A DNA stretch of 64,000 nt, taken from assembly GCA_951812955.1 (NCBI GenBank), contig OX638340.1:3232001-3296000 (forward strand), given 5' to 3'. The notes beneath the pieces were generated by a model. That model was given only the letters and a program-made list of their open reading frames with translations. It did not search any database and was not told the origin of the DNA. The DNA comes from an uncultured Gemmatimonadota bacterium. Its GTDB lineage: Bacteria; JAAXHH01. Position numbers and translations under genes: made by a program. This document shows, one piece after another, positions 54,983 to 64,000 of the stretch (position 1 is its first letter; each line of letters opens with the position of its first letter).

Positions 54983-57900
54983 TTAGGCCATTAGATGCTC
55001 CAAAAGATTGTGGCTAACAGACCTGACTGTTCCCGTAGAAAGATCTAAAGCAACCTCCGCCATACCCACACCTTCGGATTGGGCGTTTATCTCTGAGCGC
55101 ATCCAAGCTCTTAGCCGTTCCGGCTGTTCATAGGTATCCAAAAGAAAGGAAGGGTAATTCAATTTTTCGAAGCTTGTGGGTTGGGTTTCTAGTCGGTTGA
55201 AAGCAAGCTCACGTACTTTCTTGTCACGTGTGAAACGGGCAGCTACGGCGCGCAAGCACGAAGGCAAAAACTCCCAGATATCACCACGGAGGTTCGACAT
55301 TCTCGTCTCAACTCCGATTACGAATTCATTCGGAGATGCGATTGCGGCTAACAATTGTATCTGAGCCGGAAGCAGGAGTTTAGGTTTTTCAGCTTGAACA
55401 CGGGTTCTCAGTTCTTTCCATGCTTGCGAGTCTGGCCAGCCTGCACTAAGGGCGATAACAAGCGCATTCGAATTGTCATCTAGAGTTACACAAGACTTTA
55501 GAACTTCGTAAGTTTTGGTATCGTTGGAAAATTGTTCAGCGAGAATTTCTGCAGCTACTATGCCAGGAGCAGTTTCGATCCAACTGCCTACATGGTGATA
55601 TTGAACTAAGGGGAGGCAAAGCTCGCGTAGTTGTTTCGTATTTCGCAATTGACTAGAATAAAGTTGTAGCATTGGTGCAGTCGTCATACTCTGACTAGCT
55701 TGTTCAACAATCTCGTCTGCTTTATCAGAATCTGTGGCGTGGGCAGCCATTTCCGTTAGGAATTCATCCGACATCCATCCTATTTGTTCCCAAATACTAT
55801 CACCGAACGCCTGAGTTATCCTATTCCAATGGCTGACCAAGTGTTCGGCTAATCGTAGGTTAGTGCTATGGACTACGCCAAAGCCTCGGTCATTTGTCTC
55901 ACATTCTGACCACACAGTTTTTACGATGTCAAGTCGGTCAAGCTCAAGAAGTACGGAGAAGGCCGCTTGGCGCCGGTCCCCGTAATCCGGTCCTATAACA
56001 AGCAACCCCTTTGTCAGTTTTTCAAGAAGTTCAGATGAGAGTTCATCTCGTTGAATGACTGATGCTGCGAAGCCGATTGCAGCTGCCGTTTTAACATTTA
56101 CATCTATATCTTCATCATAATCTGACAGAAGTTTATATGCGAAATCATCGTCTGGACCTAAGCGTGCAAGTCGATCGACGACAGTCAAACGGAGTTGTAC
56201 GGGGAGTGGACTACTTAGTTTGAGCAGTTCACAACGTATCTCATCACAATTTAGGTAGGCATTTGCAACGGTATTCAAGTCCCCTGCACGATTCCGTAAC
56301 TGATGAAAAGACAAGTCACGTACCTTGGGATGATTAGGAAAGTGTTTAATCAAGTCACTTACGCCCCAGTATGGTACGCCTGATGGTACCTCCCCCGAGT
56401 ATTTCTCTATAGCTGCTGGCACTACTTCCTCGTCATGCTCCTTTACTCCAAGATTGACCAATCCTATCAAAGCACCTCGGGCTGTTGAACCCGATTCATT
56501 GTTAAGAATCTCTAGTAAACGCCGCCGACATAGTACTTTATCGAGAAGAATCTCTGGCAGAAGATGTGCGGCCTTTATCGCAACATCACTATCAGCAAGA
56601 TTTAACAAAGCAGTAGCAACTTCTTTATCCTCCATACCCCATCCTAGTAACAACCACCGAGCTTGGTCCTTTGATATAACACCAGTATCCTCGTCCGGTT
56701 TAAGCAAAATACCCTTTGCCTGTTCTGATCGAGAGATGAGGCAAAGTTCGAAATCCCAAAATAACCTTCCGTTTTCTTTTTTAATTTTCCGCTCTAGCCA
56801 GTCGTCAACGGCTAGTCCTAATATCTGATGACCAGCGAATGCCTCAACGAGCGGTCCCCAGTTACCGCCAAGGCCAATTAAATGGCTAGGATAGTCTTCA
56901 GTCCGAAACAAACCTGCAATGGCCTCAGCAACCTCATCATCTTGCGGAAAACCTTCCAGCAGAATGATTCCGACGGCTCCAGAATCAACTATTACTTTAT
57001 CACCATTTCGTTCGATACTCCGTATCGCACTGTTTTTGACTCCAATGTCACCTGGCCAACCCTTGAGAAGAGCCCGAATTCGGTCGTCTTTCCAGCACCA
57101 TGATGCAAAGTGAAAATCTCGTGCAAGTTCTACTAATGTCTCGTAGTCATCCACATCCTGTTCTTTGCGTTTCACTCGATGAATTAGTGCGACACTTTGT
57201 AATGCAACATCGGCAGATGACCGCGCGTGCTTCAAGATTTCAGGAAGCCGATGATTAGTTTCCCAACCAAGGCAAAGCGCATGCAAGGAGCAGGCAAGCA
57301 GTCGCGGTTCAGAAGGAATCAATAGTAAGTCAAACAGCCATTCTGCAACAGAAGGATCACCTCCGTAAGCTCTTGCGAGTGATTCTGCTGCTATTCGTTG
57401 ATTCCAAGCTTCTTCATCAATAAAGCCACGCATTAATATCGCTTGGCCCTCGCTAGAAATACCCCATTTCGAGGCGGACTCATACATTCCGTGACGATAT
57501 TGATGTCGCAAGGGAAACCAGCGTTGAATACGGGACTCTACATGTGATCGCAGTATCTCGGATTCAAGTCCATCAAGTGCAAACTCAATAAGTCGTTCTC
57601 GAGTACCCGTGCGAACTCCGGTTTCTACAATCTCAAACGTCTCTTCCGCCAGTTTTCTGGCGACACTTGGCGAACAATGGAGATCACCAAAGGCTACTTC
57701 GGCAAGAAAGCTTTGCCGAGATAACTCCATTTCAGCCGCTAGTGGCATACTTTCGATAATCGCGACGAATTCATCCACCTCACCATACCGCGAGTTAAGA
57801 TGGCACAGGCACAAAAACACATCGTGCCACTGAGGATTCTTAAATCGTTTCTTCAATGCTTCCTTTTGCTGTTCAAATGGGAGATTAGATAGGTGTTTTG

Positions 57901-59872
57901 CAGCGAGGAATTCTTGTAAAGAGCGATGTAGAAAGCCGATCTCTATTGGTGATTTCTCGATGAGAACCCCAACTGCCTCGGTACCAATAGTGAGTAATTC
58001 TTCTGCTATACTATGTGCACCTTCCGGTTTTTTATGTAGGTGAGTTGAACAAAATCCCTGAAGCACATCCTTAGCAATGACTCTATCTAGAGCATCGCTC
58101 CCCGCTGAATCGTGGGTTTCCCAAGCCAACCTAGCCAATGCCCGTTCACGTGTTTCCTGTTGCAAATGTGAGTTGGTCCCGCGTGCGTGAACTGACTTTT
58201 CACGTCGCTTGGGCTGTTCGTCTAGCAGCAGACGTGCTAGTTCCTCGTATGCTTTGAATCTGCTGCGGGGAAGGCTCACTTTCTGAATGGCAAGAGCAAT
58301 TAGGCCATTAAGTAGTAAAGGCACCTTTGCCAGGCGGGATATCCGTAAATCACGGTGAAGGTCTTGTATGAATTGGGTGGCTTCGGATTTCGCCCTTTTG
58401 TGTCGCATGGCGATAGAGTCGCTATCTTCGCCAGGTACAGCAAGTGTGTAGGACCGATGCATGAACCATCGTTCAGCCAAGATTCCTTGTTGTTCATCTG
58501 TCAACCCAGAAAGCTGGGCTACACGCCACCTACTGCTTAGTCCACCGATCCGCGTATAACCTAGAGGACGACTGCTGACGATTGCTGGTACATTCCGTTC
58601 TCCCACGAATTGTTCGAGCAAACCAAGCGCCGTCCGAGCATCCGTGCCGTTACTCCACTCATCAAGGCCATCTACAAATAGCATTAATCTCGAATCTTCC
58701 AAAGCCTGCTGAACCAATGTAATTAGAGCTGTCTCAGCGGAAACTTTTTGAAGCCAAGCAGTGAGAACATTTGCTAACGAACACCCTGTTTCAGATTCGC
58801 TGACAAGTCGCGTCCACATGGCAAACGGAACCCAAACAGGTAAATATTGTCCCCAACGAAGAGCACTTGCCTCATAGCGCGGATCGGTACTAAGTAGATC
58901 AAGTAATACACAACGAAGCAAGGTACTCTTGCCGATACCTGGGTCTCCAAGTACAACCGACTGATCGGAGTCTGCAAGCCAGTCAATCGCTGAGCGGCGA
59001 ACTAGCGAGGGTCGAGGCAAAACTTGCGGTCTGCGGGATTGAGTAGAGTCTTCGTTTCCATCGGTGCGGAGTCGTCCTTTATTTTGATCTTCTATCGATT
59101 GATTAGTTGTTTCAATGTGGGCAGCTTGTTGTTCTTCCAGAATATCGGGAGGCACAAATCGATCGGCTAAACTGAGGGGCTGAAAGTCAGGTTTTATGGA
59201 ACCTGTTACGGACGGGATACCGGGATCGGAAATCTCGAAATGGTGAGTATAGCAACGCCGAAGAAGCTGTCGCAGTTGTACGACCTGACCAGGTTTTAAT
59301 CGGCGACTCGACAGTTTGGCAGCAGCTTCTTCGCCACAGAATTCCTGCACCCACTCGCGTCCAAAGAAGTCGTCTACTAAATCTGGATGGTTTTTTAGAT
59401 GTTCAGAAATCTGCGTGACACCAAGTGGTAGGAATTGGATGTTGCGTTCACGGAGGCGATCGCCTTGTGATTCTAATTCTATTGCAAGCTTTTTTTCTTC
59501 GGTCTTCACCGAAACTGCTAGTACAAACTTATCGGTTTTAGGTGCCCATGAGCCTTTTAAAAAACCAGTAACCGCAATGTCGATGAGATCCGAGCTGAAT
59601 TCCTTGTATCTTTTGCACTGCCAAACAGTATATCTGGATGATTCCAATGTGCGTACGTAGATATCTATACCTTCTTGATCCTGACCTGGAATCCCATACT
59701 CTTGACATCTTTCCACTTTTCCACCGCGCTGTGCGAGGCGAGCACAAAGTCTTTGAAAGAAGTTCCACGGTAAGAGGTTTAGTGGGAGTTCCTGTAATCT
59801 AGTTCTAATGGGATGAGAGACAAATGATTCAGATGGTACCCACACACTTGTGTTTTTTTTTGATTCTTCCAT
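54983..59872 (-). CDS. NACHT-domain STAND NTPase (bacterial NLR-like) with N-terminal Mrr-like PD-(D/E)xK restriction-endonuclease domain and long C-terminal alpha-helical repeat region
   Basis: ATG at 59872 with AAGGAT RBS (track TTG at 59875). The N-terminal domain matches the Mrr_cat pattern (FFQRLCARLAQ…GQDQEGIDIYV…TVWQCKRY…LIDIAV). Walker A VVLGDPGIGKSTLL, Walker B LMLFVDGLDEW and the NACHT-specific AIVSSRP motif are present. ~1,100 aa of helical repeats follow. AT-rich composition. Confidence 0.8.
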   Translation of the reverse strand: MEESKKNTSVWVPSESFVSHPIRTRLQELPLNLLPWNFFQRLCARLAQRGGKVERCQEYGIPGQDQEGIDIYVRTLESSRYTVWQCKRYKEFSSDLIDIAVTGFLKGSWAPKTDKFVLAVSVKTEEKKLAIELESQGDRLRERNIQFLPLGVTQISEHLKNHPDLVDDFFGREWVQEFCGEEAAAKLSSRRLKPGQVVQLRQLLRRCYTHHFEISDPGIPSVTGSIKPDFQPLSLADRFVPPDILEEQQAAHIETTNQSIEDQNKGRLRTDGNEDSTQSRRPQVLPRPSLVRRSAIDWLADSDQSVVLGDPGIGKSTLLRCVLLDLLSTDPRYEASALRWGQYLPVWVPFAMWTRLVSESETGCSLANVLTAWLQKVSAETALITLVQQALEDSRLMLFVDGLDEWSNGTDARTALGLLEQFVGERNVPAIVSSRPLGYTRIGGLSSRWRVAQLSGLTDEQQGILAERWFMHRSYTLAVPGEDSDSIAMRHKRAKSEATQFIQDLHRDLRISRLAKVPLLLNGLIALAIQKVSLPRSRFKAYEELARLLLDEQPKRREKSVHARGTNSHLQQETRERALARLAWETHDSAGSDALDRVIAKDVLQGFCSTHLHKKPEGAHSIAEELLTIGTEAVGVLIEKSPIEIGFLHRSLQEFLAAKHLSNLPFEQQKEALKKRFKNPQWHDVFLCLCHLNSRYGEVDEFVAIIESMPLAAEMELSRQSFLAEVAFGDLHCSPSVARKLAEETFEIVETGVRTGTRERLIEFALDGLESEILRSHVESRIQRWFPLRHQYRHGMYESASKWGISSEGQAILMRGFIDEEAWNQRIAAESLARAYGGDPSVAEWLFDLLLIPSEPRLLACSLHALCLGWETNHRLPEILKHARSSADVALQSVALIHRVKRKEQDVDDYETLVELARDFHFASWCWKDDRIRALLKGWPGDIGVKNSAIRSIERNGDKVIVDSGAVGIILLEGFPQDDEVAEAIAGLFRTEDYPSHLIGLGGNWGPLVEAFAGHQILGLAVDDWLERKIKKENGRLFWDFELCLISRSEQAKGILLKPDEDTGVISKDQARWLLLGWGMEDKEVATALLNLADSDVAIKAAHLLPEILLDKVLCRRRLLEILNNESGSTARGALIGLVNLGVKEHDEEVVPAAIEKYSGEVPSGVPYWGVSDLIKHFPNHPKVRDLSFHQLRNRAGDLNTVANAYLNCDEIRCELLKLSSPLPVQLRLTVVDRLARLGPDDDFAYKLLSDYDEDIDVNVKTAAAIGFAASVIQRDELSSELLEKLTKGLLVIGPDYGDRRQAAFSVLLELDRLDIVKTVWSECETNDRGFGVVHSTNLRLAEHLVSHWNRITQAFGDSIWEQIGWMSDEFLTEMAAHATDSDKADEIVEQASQSMTTAPMLQLYSSQLRNTKQLRELCLPLVQYHHVGSWIETAPGIVAAEILAEQFSNDTKTYEVLKSCVTLDDNSNALVIALSAGWPDSQAWKELRTRVQAEKPKLLLPAQIQLLAAIASPNEFVIGVETRMSNLRGDIWEFLPSCLRAVAARFTRDKKVRELAFNRLETQPTSFEKLNYPSFLLDTYEQPERLRAWMRSEINAQSEGVGMAEVALDLSTGTVRSVSHNLLEHLMA

Positions 59873-60376
59873 CAATGTAAATCCTTAAACCGATCGTCGA
59901 TGATGTTACCTCGATTTCGTGGACGATTTACCATTTGGGATTCAGGCTGTTTGCTTGAAGCTCCTTTCGTAGGTTGATGGTGAGAGATATCCGGGGGAAG
60001 AGTGCTTTCTCCAAGTATTGTAGAAGTCCTCGATGTATTCGAACAGTGCGAGTCTAGCCTCGGTCCCTGATTCGCTAGACCGACCGTATGTTGCAAGTGG
60101 AGAAACCTGAGAAAGTTATAGGTAGGGTTGCAAATACTATAATAAACATAGGCAATCACTACGTGGATTCGCCATCTGCACACAACCAAGGCACGCGTTC
60201 GAACGGGTTTTGGTTTCCAGTGATTAAACGATTCTTATATCGTCCTCGATATTCGAATTTCCGCAACAATATCAATTCGATATACCACTGACTTAGGCGT
60301 AAAGAATCCAATAGTGCATCCATCGAAATGTGACCATGCCTACGTTCAGGGTGAACGATATCATTACGAATCTTTG

Positions 60377-61444
60377 TTATCGCGGTCGGACCGTCCGTCC
60401 ATCCCTTCTTTTAGCAATCGCTTCCAAGTGTTTGCAGTGTGACGGAATTTTTGCTTCGATTTCTAATTCTTCGAGTGTCTTTTTTAACGATTTACCGAAA
60501 GAATACACCGTTTCCTGATTGATAATGTAGGACAGAGATTCTAGGGCAGCCTGAGTAAGAACGATTCCCACGTGAATGGCGCTGCCAGCACTATTCACAT
60601 ACCAATCTATAGCCCGACGAATGGCATCTTTCCATTCTTCCTTGGTATACAATTCCCAGAACCCACGAAAAGATCCGGAAAGACTGCCTCCCCCGTCATG
60701 TTTCGCGAGCCACGTGTGCCTGCTTTCTTGCCAGTGAGTTACGTACTTCGTTCCCCATAGTATGGACTGCTCCCCTCCACTTACATCAATTCCTTTTACA
60801 GATGTAAGACCACACGCCGTGCCACGAGCGAATGAGAAAAAGGTCCCTAATCCGTCTATTAAGGGTAATACGTCACCCACGGTAAACACTTTGTTGTTCA
60901 GAGAGTAAATTGCTCCAGTGTGGGTTATGGCATATCCTCCACTTTGTTTTAGGATCTTCTGATTCTCAAAAAAATTGCGATTTTCTTTAATCTCAATCCG
61001 CCAATGATCGACTTCTAGGATTGCGAACCCAAGTCGTCGATATACTCCATCTATTTCTATGTGTTTATCTTGTGCACCATAAAACGTTATGAAATTGAGT
61101 ATACCGAATCGCACAGATTTAAGTCGGACATCGGACCGAGCTACTGTACAAGGACTCTGAACAGGGCCTAAGGAACCTTTGAATCCAATTACTGAATCCT
61201 TATTGAGACTACATGACTTCAGCTTTACTCGAATCCTTCCGCCGCTCTTCAAGGAAATAAAAAAAGGTTCATACATAAATCTCTGTCGCATAAACAATGG
61301 ATATTCATCGGAATCGATAGAAAACTGTAATCTGGGCGACAGTCGAAGAACCGCGCGAACCTTACAAGGCGTGGATAGACATTGGTCTTGTATGTGAGTG
61401 ATACTTGTATCGTCAAGAACAACTGGTTCATTCGGTTTGCACAT
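60377..61444 (-). CDS. hypothetical 355-aa protein, co-directional between the methyltransferase and NACHT genes (possible nuclease/effector)
   Basis: ATG at 61444, 44 bp downstream of the MTase stop. AT-rich; no recognisable family. A weak D…E-x-K-like pattern (IEIDGVY…LEVDHWRIEIKE) is present. Confidence 0.45.
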   Translation of the reverse strand: MCKPNEPVVLDDTSITHIQDQCLSTPCKVRAVLRLSPRLQFSIDSDEYPLFMRQRFMYEPFFISLKSGGRIRVKLKSCSLNKDSVIGFKGSLGPVQSPCTVARSDVRLKSVRFGILNFITFYGAQDKHIEIDGVYRRLGFAILEVDHWRIEIKENRNFFENQKILKQSGGYAITHTGAIYSLNNKVFTVGDVLPLIDGLGTFFSFARGTACGLTSVKGIDVSGGEQSILWGTKYVTHWQESRHTWLAKHDGGGSLSGSFRGFWELYTKEEWKDAIRRAIDWYVNSAGSAIHVGIVLTQAALESLSYIINQETVYSFGKSLKKTLEELEIEAKIPSHCKHLEAIAKRRDGRTVRPR

Positions 61445-61487
61445 AACCTACCGATTATCCTTCAATCACCGTGAAAAGATTCTTAAA

Positions 61488-63977
61488 CTACTCCATCGCC
61501 ATAATGATTCTCGCAATCCGCCTAGCGGTTTCCGTAAAGTACTTAATCTCTTGGGGATTGAGCGCACGCCCGATCACATTGAACTCGCGGTAGGATAGCC
61601 ATTTCTTAAGTACCTGATAGCCGCCAAGCTTGTAGTTCCAGATTTTGGTGGGTACGTTATGCCAGAAGGCGCGGTCGTTCAAATACACGTCCACAGTAGT
61701 TGCACCTAGTGCGGAAATCGCCGTACCTAGGACGGCGCGTTCGTCAGCCGTGTATTTGCGTTCGACGATGCGGCCTTTGCCCGGCATTACCGTGTCGCCC
61801 CGTCCGTAGTGACCCCACCTCGCAGTCACTGCGAAATCATCATCGGTCATATTGCTACCGTGGCTAGTTGTAGGCACGGCAAGCGAAGCGATCTCAGGTG
61901 GTATCGCACCCTGAGTAACGCCCGGTACCGGGGTGTCGGGATCAAATAGACAGGCTAGTTCACGACCCCGGTCGGCCGATTCAGCGAATAACTCAGCGGC
62001 ATTTTTGGTATCCCCATTGGGCCAGCCCGGTAGTGGTATACGCGGCCAGTCCATTGCAAGCGCCCCGGCATTAGCTTCACGATATGTCGGATTGTGGAGG
62101 ATGGTAAGGATGTTGTGGAATAAGTCCTCAGGACTCGCTCGTATACGATGGAGATAGCGTTTGCCAGCCTCAGATAAGTTTGGTAGGTAATGTAATACGT
62201 TGTCACCAGCCCCAAGGACGTCGTTGTTAAGATAGATGGGGAACCATATCGCAGTACGTTCGATTAAATGCATAGCACCAAAGTGTCGGGTAACAATGGT
62301 CTGTGCCTCCGTTACGTCCTTACGAAGATGCTGAGCTGCACACAGCCACAGGTTTTCCTCGAACACCTGTCGCTTGTAGTCGGCACGCTTGTCGTTAAGG
62401 AGTTTAGTCTCTGCTTCCCAGTAAAGCCATCGGATATCGAAGGGGCGGTACGCGAAGCGAATGAACCCGCCTTCGTTCGGTCCGCCGCGTGCGAGTAGTG
62501 TTTCGCGCACAGAGTGAGCGTCAAAATGCCTCGCGGTTTTCATGATAATAGGATATCGCTGGGCAATCTCGTTGTGGCTCAAATTCACGTCGAAATAATC
62601 GGAGACGCGGGCCATTAGTCGATCAAGGTCGATATCGACAAGAAACGAGTCCCGGTTGGTCTTTGCTCCAGGAAATGAGATCGGATAAATATCGGGTAAC
62701 GTAGGCCAGTTGAACCAGCCCTCACTCACCGCCGTACGCACGAACGGCAGGCCAAGCGGCAAAGATGGCTCGATGCGGTCATAAAGTACGTTTGGTTCCG
62801 CATGCGCCGTCGCCATCAGTTCCTTGCGCTTTGTACGTCCCCACAGATGGCGAAATCCGATCTCCACTGCGGGGGTATGATTGTACTTACGTACCAGAGT
62901 TGCAATGGCCGTACCCACCTGAATGCCAACCGGATTGTCCGGCGTCGAAAAGATACTTGGGTCTGGCGAGCCATCGGGAGCGACCTTTCCGGTCTTATAT
63001 TTGTCGCCATTTAAGCAGTCGATCCGAATCGAGTCGAAAACCTTGAGGAAGCGCTCCCTCATACCAGCGAACGACAGCCCGTCGAGCCAGGAATAATTGG
63101 AAATGAAACAGATTACCCCCTGACCGGTTCGCCCAGCAATCCGTCTTTCAGCCATACGGAAGAATCGGATGTATAGATCGATCAGTCCCTTGCTTTTTTC
63201 CATCCGTACTTTGCTTGTCTTACGATAGGCTTCGAAGAGTTCGCGTTCTTCATCAATCGTTACACCGGCAAAGGCATTATAGGGTGGATTACCCAAGATC
63301 ACCAAAACCGGAGTCTCCTGCTTCACTCTCTCGGCCCGGTCACGCTCTTCCTCCAATTCAGGGAACGGCAGCACATTCTTAGTTCGCGGCTCCCATCCAG
63401 TCAGAGCGTTTGTTAGGAAGACTTGGGCTCGTTCCATCCCGTCATCGGAAAACGTCGCATCAAGTGCCTGCATGGTCAACCCGATCTGAAGATGCGATAC
63501 GACAAAAGGCGCGGGCATGATCTCGAAGCCAAACACCCGTTCTAATGCCGCCTGCTTTACCTGCGAACCGACAAGCGCACCGACTCCTTTGTTTTCAAGA
63601 TTGGAAGCAATATTGCGTAACACTTCTGCCAGATAGGTTCCGGTACCGCAGCATGGGTCGAGCACATATACGTTTTCCGCAGCTAGTCCATCTGGAATCC
63701 CCAGATCGTCTTTGAGCGCTTTGTCCACTCGTGTAACCATATAGCGCACTACTTCGATTGGTGTGTACCATACGCCTAGTTGCTTACGCAACCCAGGGTC
63801 GAATGCCTGTAGAAAGGGCTCGTAGAAATAGGTTACCGCTTCGCCTTCATTGAATCGGGTGAAGAAGGTAGTGCGGTCCACACGGTTAAGAGCAGCGGAT
63901 GTCCAATCCAACACTTCCACTAGGCCTAGAGGCTCAAGGCGAGCAGGCTGTGAGAGTTGCTGGAACAGAGATTGCAT
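61488..63977 (-). CDS. gamma-class N6-adenine DNA methyltransferase, PglX/MmeI/Eco57I-like (no N-terminal nuclease domain)
   Basis: YFYEPFLQAFDPGLRKQLGVWYTP (motif X), VLDPCCGTGTYL (motif I, FxGxG) and ILGNPPYN (motif IV, NPPY) in gamma order, with a ~550-aa C-terminal target-recognition region. The start is 23 bp from the window end, so any upstream partner genes are not visible. Confidence 0.8.
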   Translation of the reverse strand: MQSLFQQLSQPARLEPLGLVEVLDWTSAALNRVDRTTFFTRFNEGEAVTYFYEPFLQAFDPGLRKQLGVWYTPIEVVRYMVTRVDKALKDDLGIPDGLAAENVYVLDPCCGTGTYLAEVLRNIASNLENKGVGALVGSQVKQAALERVFGFEIMPAPFVVSHLQIGLTMQALDATFSDDGMERAQVFLTNALTGWEPRTKNVLPFPELEEERDRAERVKQETPVLVILGNPPYNAFAGVTIDEERELFEAYRKTSKVRMEKSKGLIDLYIRFFRMAERRIAGRTGQGVICFISNYSWLDGLSFAGMRERFLKVFDSIRIDCLNGDKYKTGKVAPDGSPDPSIFSTPDNPVGIQVGTAIATLVRKYNHTPAVEIGFRHLWGRTKRKELMATAHAEPNVLYDRIEPSLPLGLPFVRTAVSEGWFNWPTLPDIYPISFPGAKTNRDSFLVDIDLDRLMARVSDYFDVNLSHNEIAQRYPIIMKTARHFDAHSVRETLLARGGPNEGGFIRFAYRPFDIRWLYWEAETKLLNDKRADYKRQVFEENLWLCAAQHLRKDVTEAQTIVTRHFGAMHLIERTAIWFPIYLNNDVLGAGDNVLHYLPNLSEAGKRYLHRIRASPEDLFHNILTILHNPTYREANAGALAMDWPRIPLPGWPNGDTKNAAELFAESADRGRELACLFDPDTPVPGVTQGAIPPEIASLAVPTTSHGSNMTDDDFAVTARWGHYGRGDTVMPGKGRIVERKYTADERAVLGTAISALGATTVDVYLNDRAFWHNVPTKIWNYKLGGYQVLKKWLSYREFNVIGRALNPQEIKYFTETARRIARIIMAME

Positions 63978-64000
63978 GATAGGAGCACGTAAATGCCACA

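Larger units (their letters stand above)
52717..64000. mobile_element. AT-rich genomic island (defence island), continues beyond window end
   Basis: GC falls to roughly 45-50% immediately after 52716 and stays low to 64000. Contents are decayed TA-like genes, a NACHT NTPase, an unknown protein and an N6A methyltransferase. Confidence 0.5.

Noticed and set aside
54983-64000. The island is a BREX type 1 system (large P-loop ATPase plus PglX methyltransferase).
   Set aside because: The ATPase has NACHT-specific motifs (SSRP) and an Mrr nuclease domain rather than BrxC features. No pglZ, brxL or brxA/B lies in the expected positions. The gene order (MTase, then unknown, then ATPase) is not BREX-like. 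It cannot be excluded entirely, because upstream genes lie beyond the window.
1-64000. Transposase, integrase, rRNA or CRISPR-cas features.
   Set aside because: None were recognisable in any frame. The island boundaries lack inverted-repeat termini or IS-like ORFs.

Overview
This 64-kb window comes from a high-GC (~65%) Gram-negative bacterium. TonB-dependent receptors with carboxypeptidase-regulatory-like N-termini and a Tol-Pal cluster give it a Bacteroidota/Gemmatimonadota-like flavour, but the phylum cannot be settled from the sequence. Most of the window is dense core genes on both strands. These are proline dehydrogenase, tsaD, an AzgA-type purine permease, and two tandem TonB-dependent receptor paralogs followed by a 1,155-aa peptidase/beta-propeller/beta-barrel fusion protein. 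They continue with tolQ-tolR-tolA(TonB-like)-tolB-ybgF-pal, a larB-larC-fused ECF ATPase-amidohydrolase operon, an M19 dipeptidase, tal-gnd-rpe, heme O synthase with DUF420, an ECF S-component overlapping moaC, and argR-argC-argB-argD-argH plus a GNAT (argA-like). tRNA-Glu(TTC) lies at 31436..31510. Two AT-rich (~45-50% GC) segments interrupt this backbone. The first is a 1.7-kb insert with a tRNA-derived fragment and a consensus sigma70 promoter between moaC and argR (44030..45760). The second is an island of more than 11 kb from 52717 to the window end. That island carries decayed toxin-antitoxin-like genes, a 1,629-aa NACHT/STAND NTPase with an N-terminal Mrr-like (PD-D/ExK) nuclease domain, a 355-aa unknown protein, and a PglX/MmeI-family gamma-class N6-adenine DNA methyltransferase. 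This NACHT-unknown-methyltransferase neighbourhood is the best candidate for an undescribed anti-phage defence locus, and it is truncated by the window edge. A second oddity is an abundance of short tandem duplications sitting exactly on gene boundaries (copies carrying the start or stop codon), in promoter regions, and in frame inside genes. No rRNA, CRISPR array, transposase or integrase was recognised. Many long antisense shadow ORFs in the six-frame track were rejected as high-GC artefacts.
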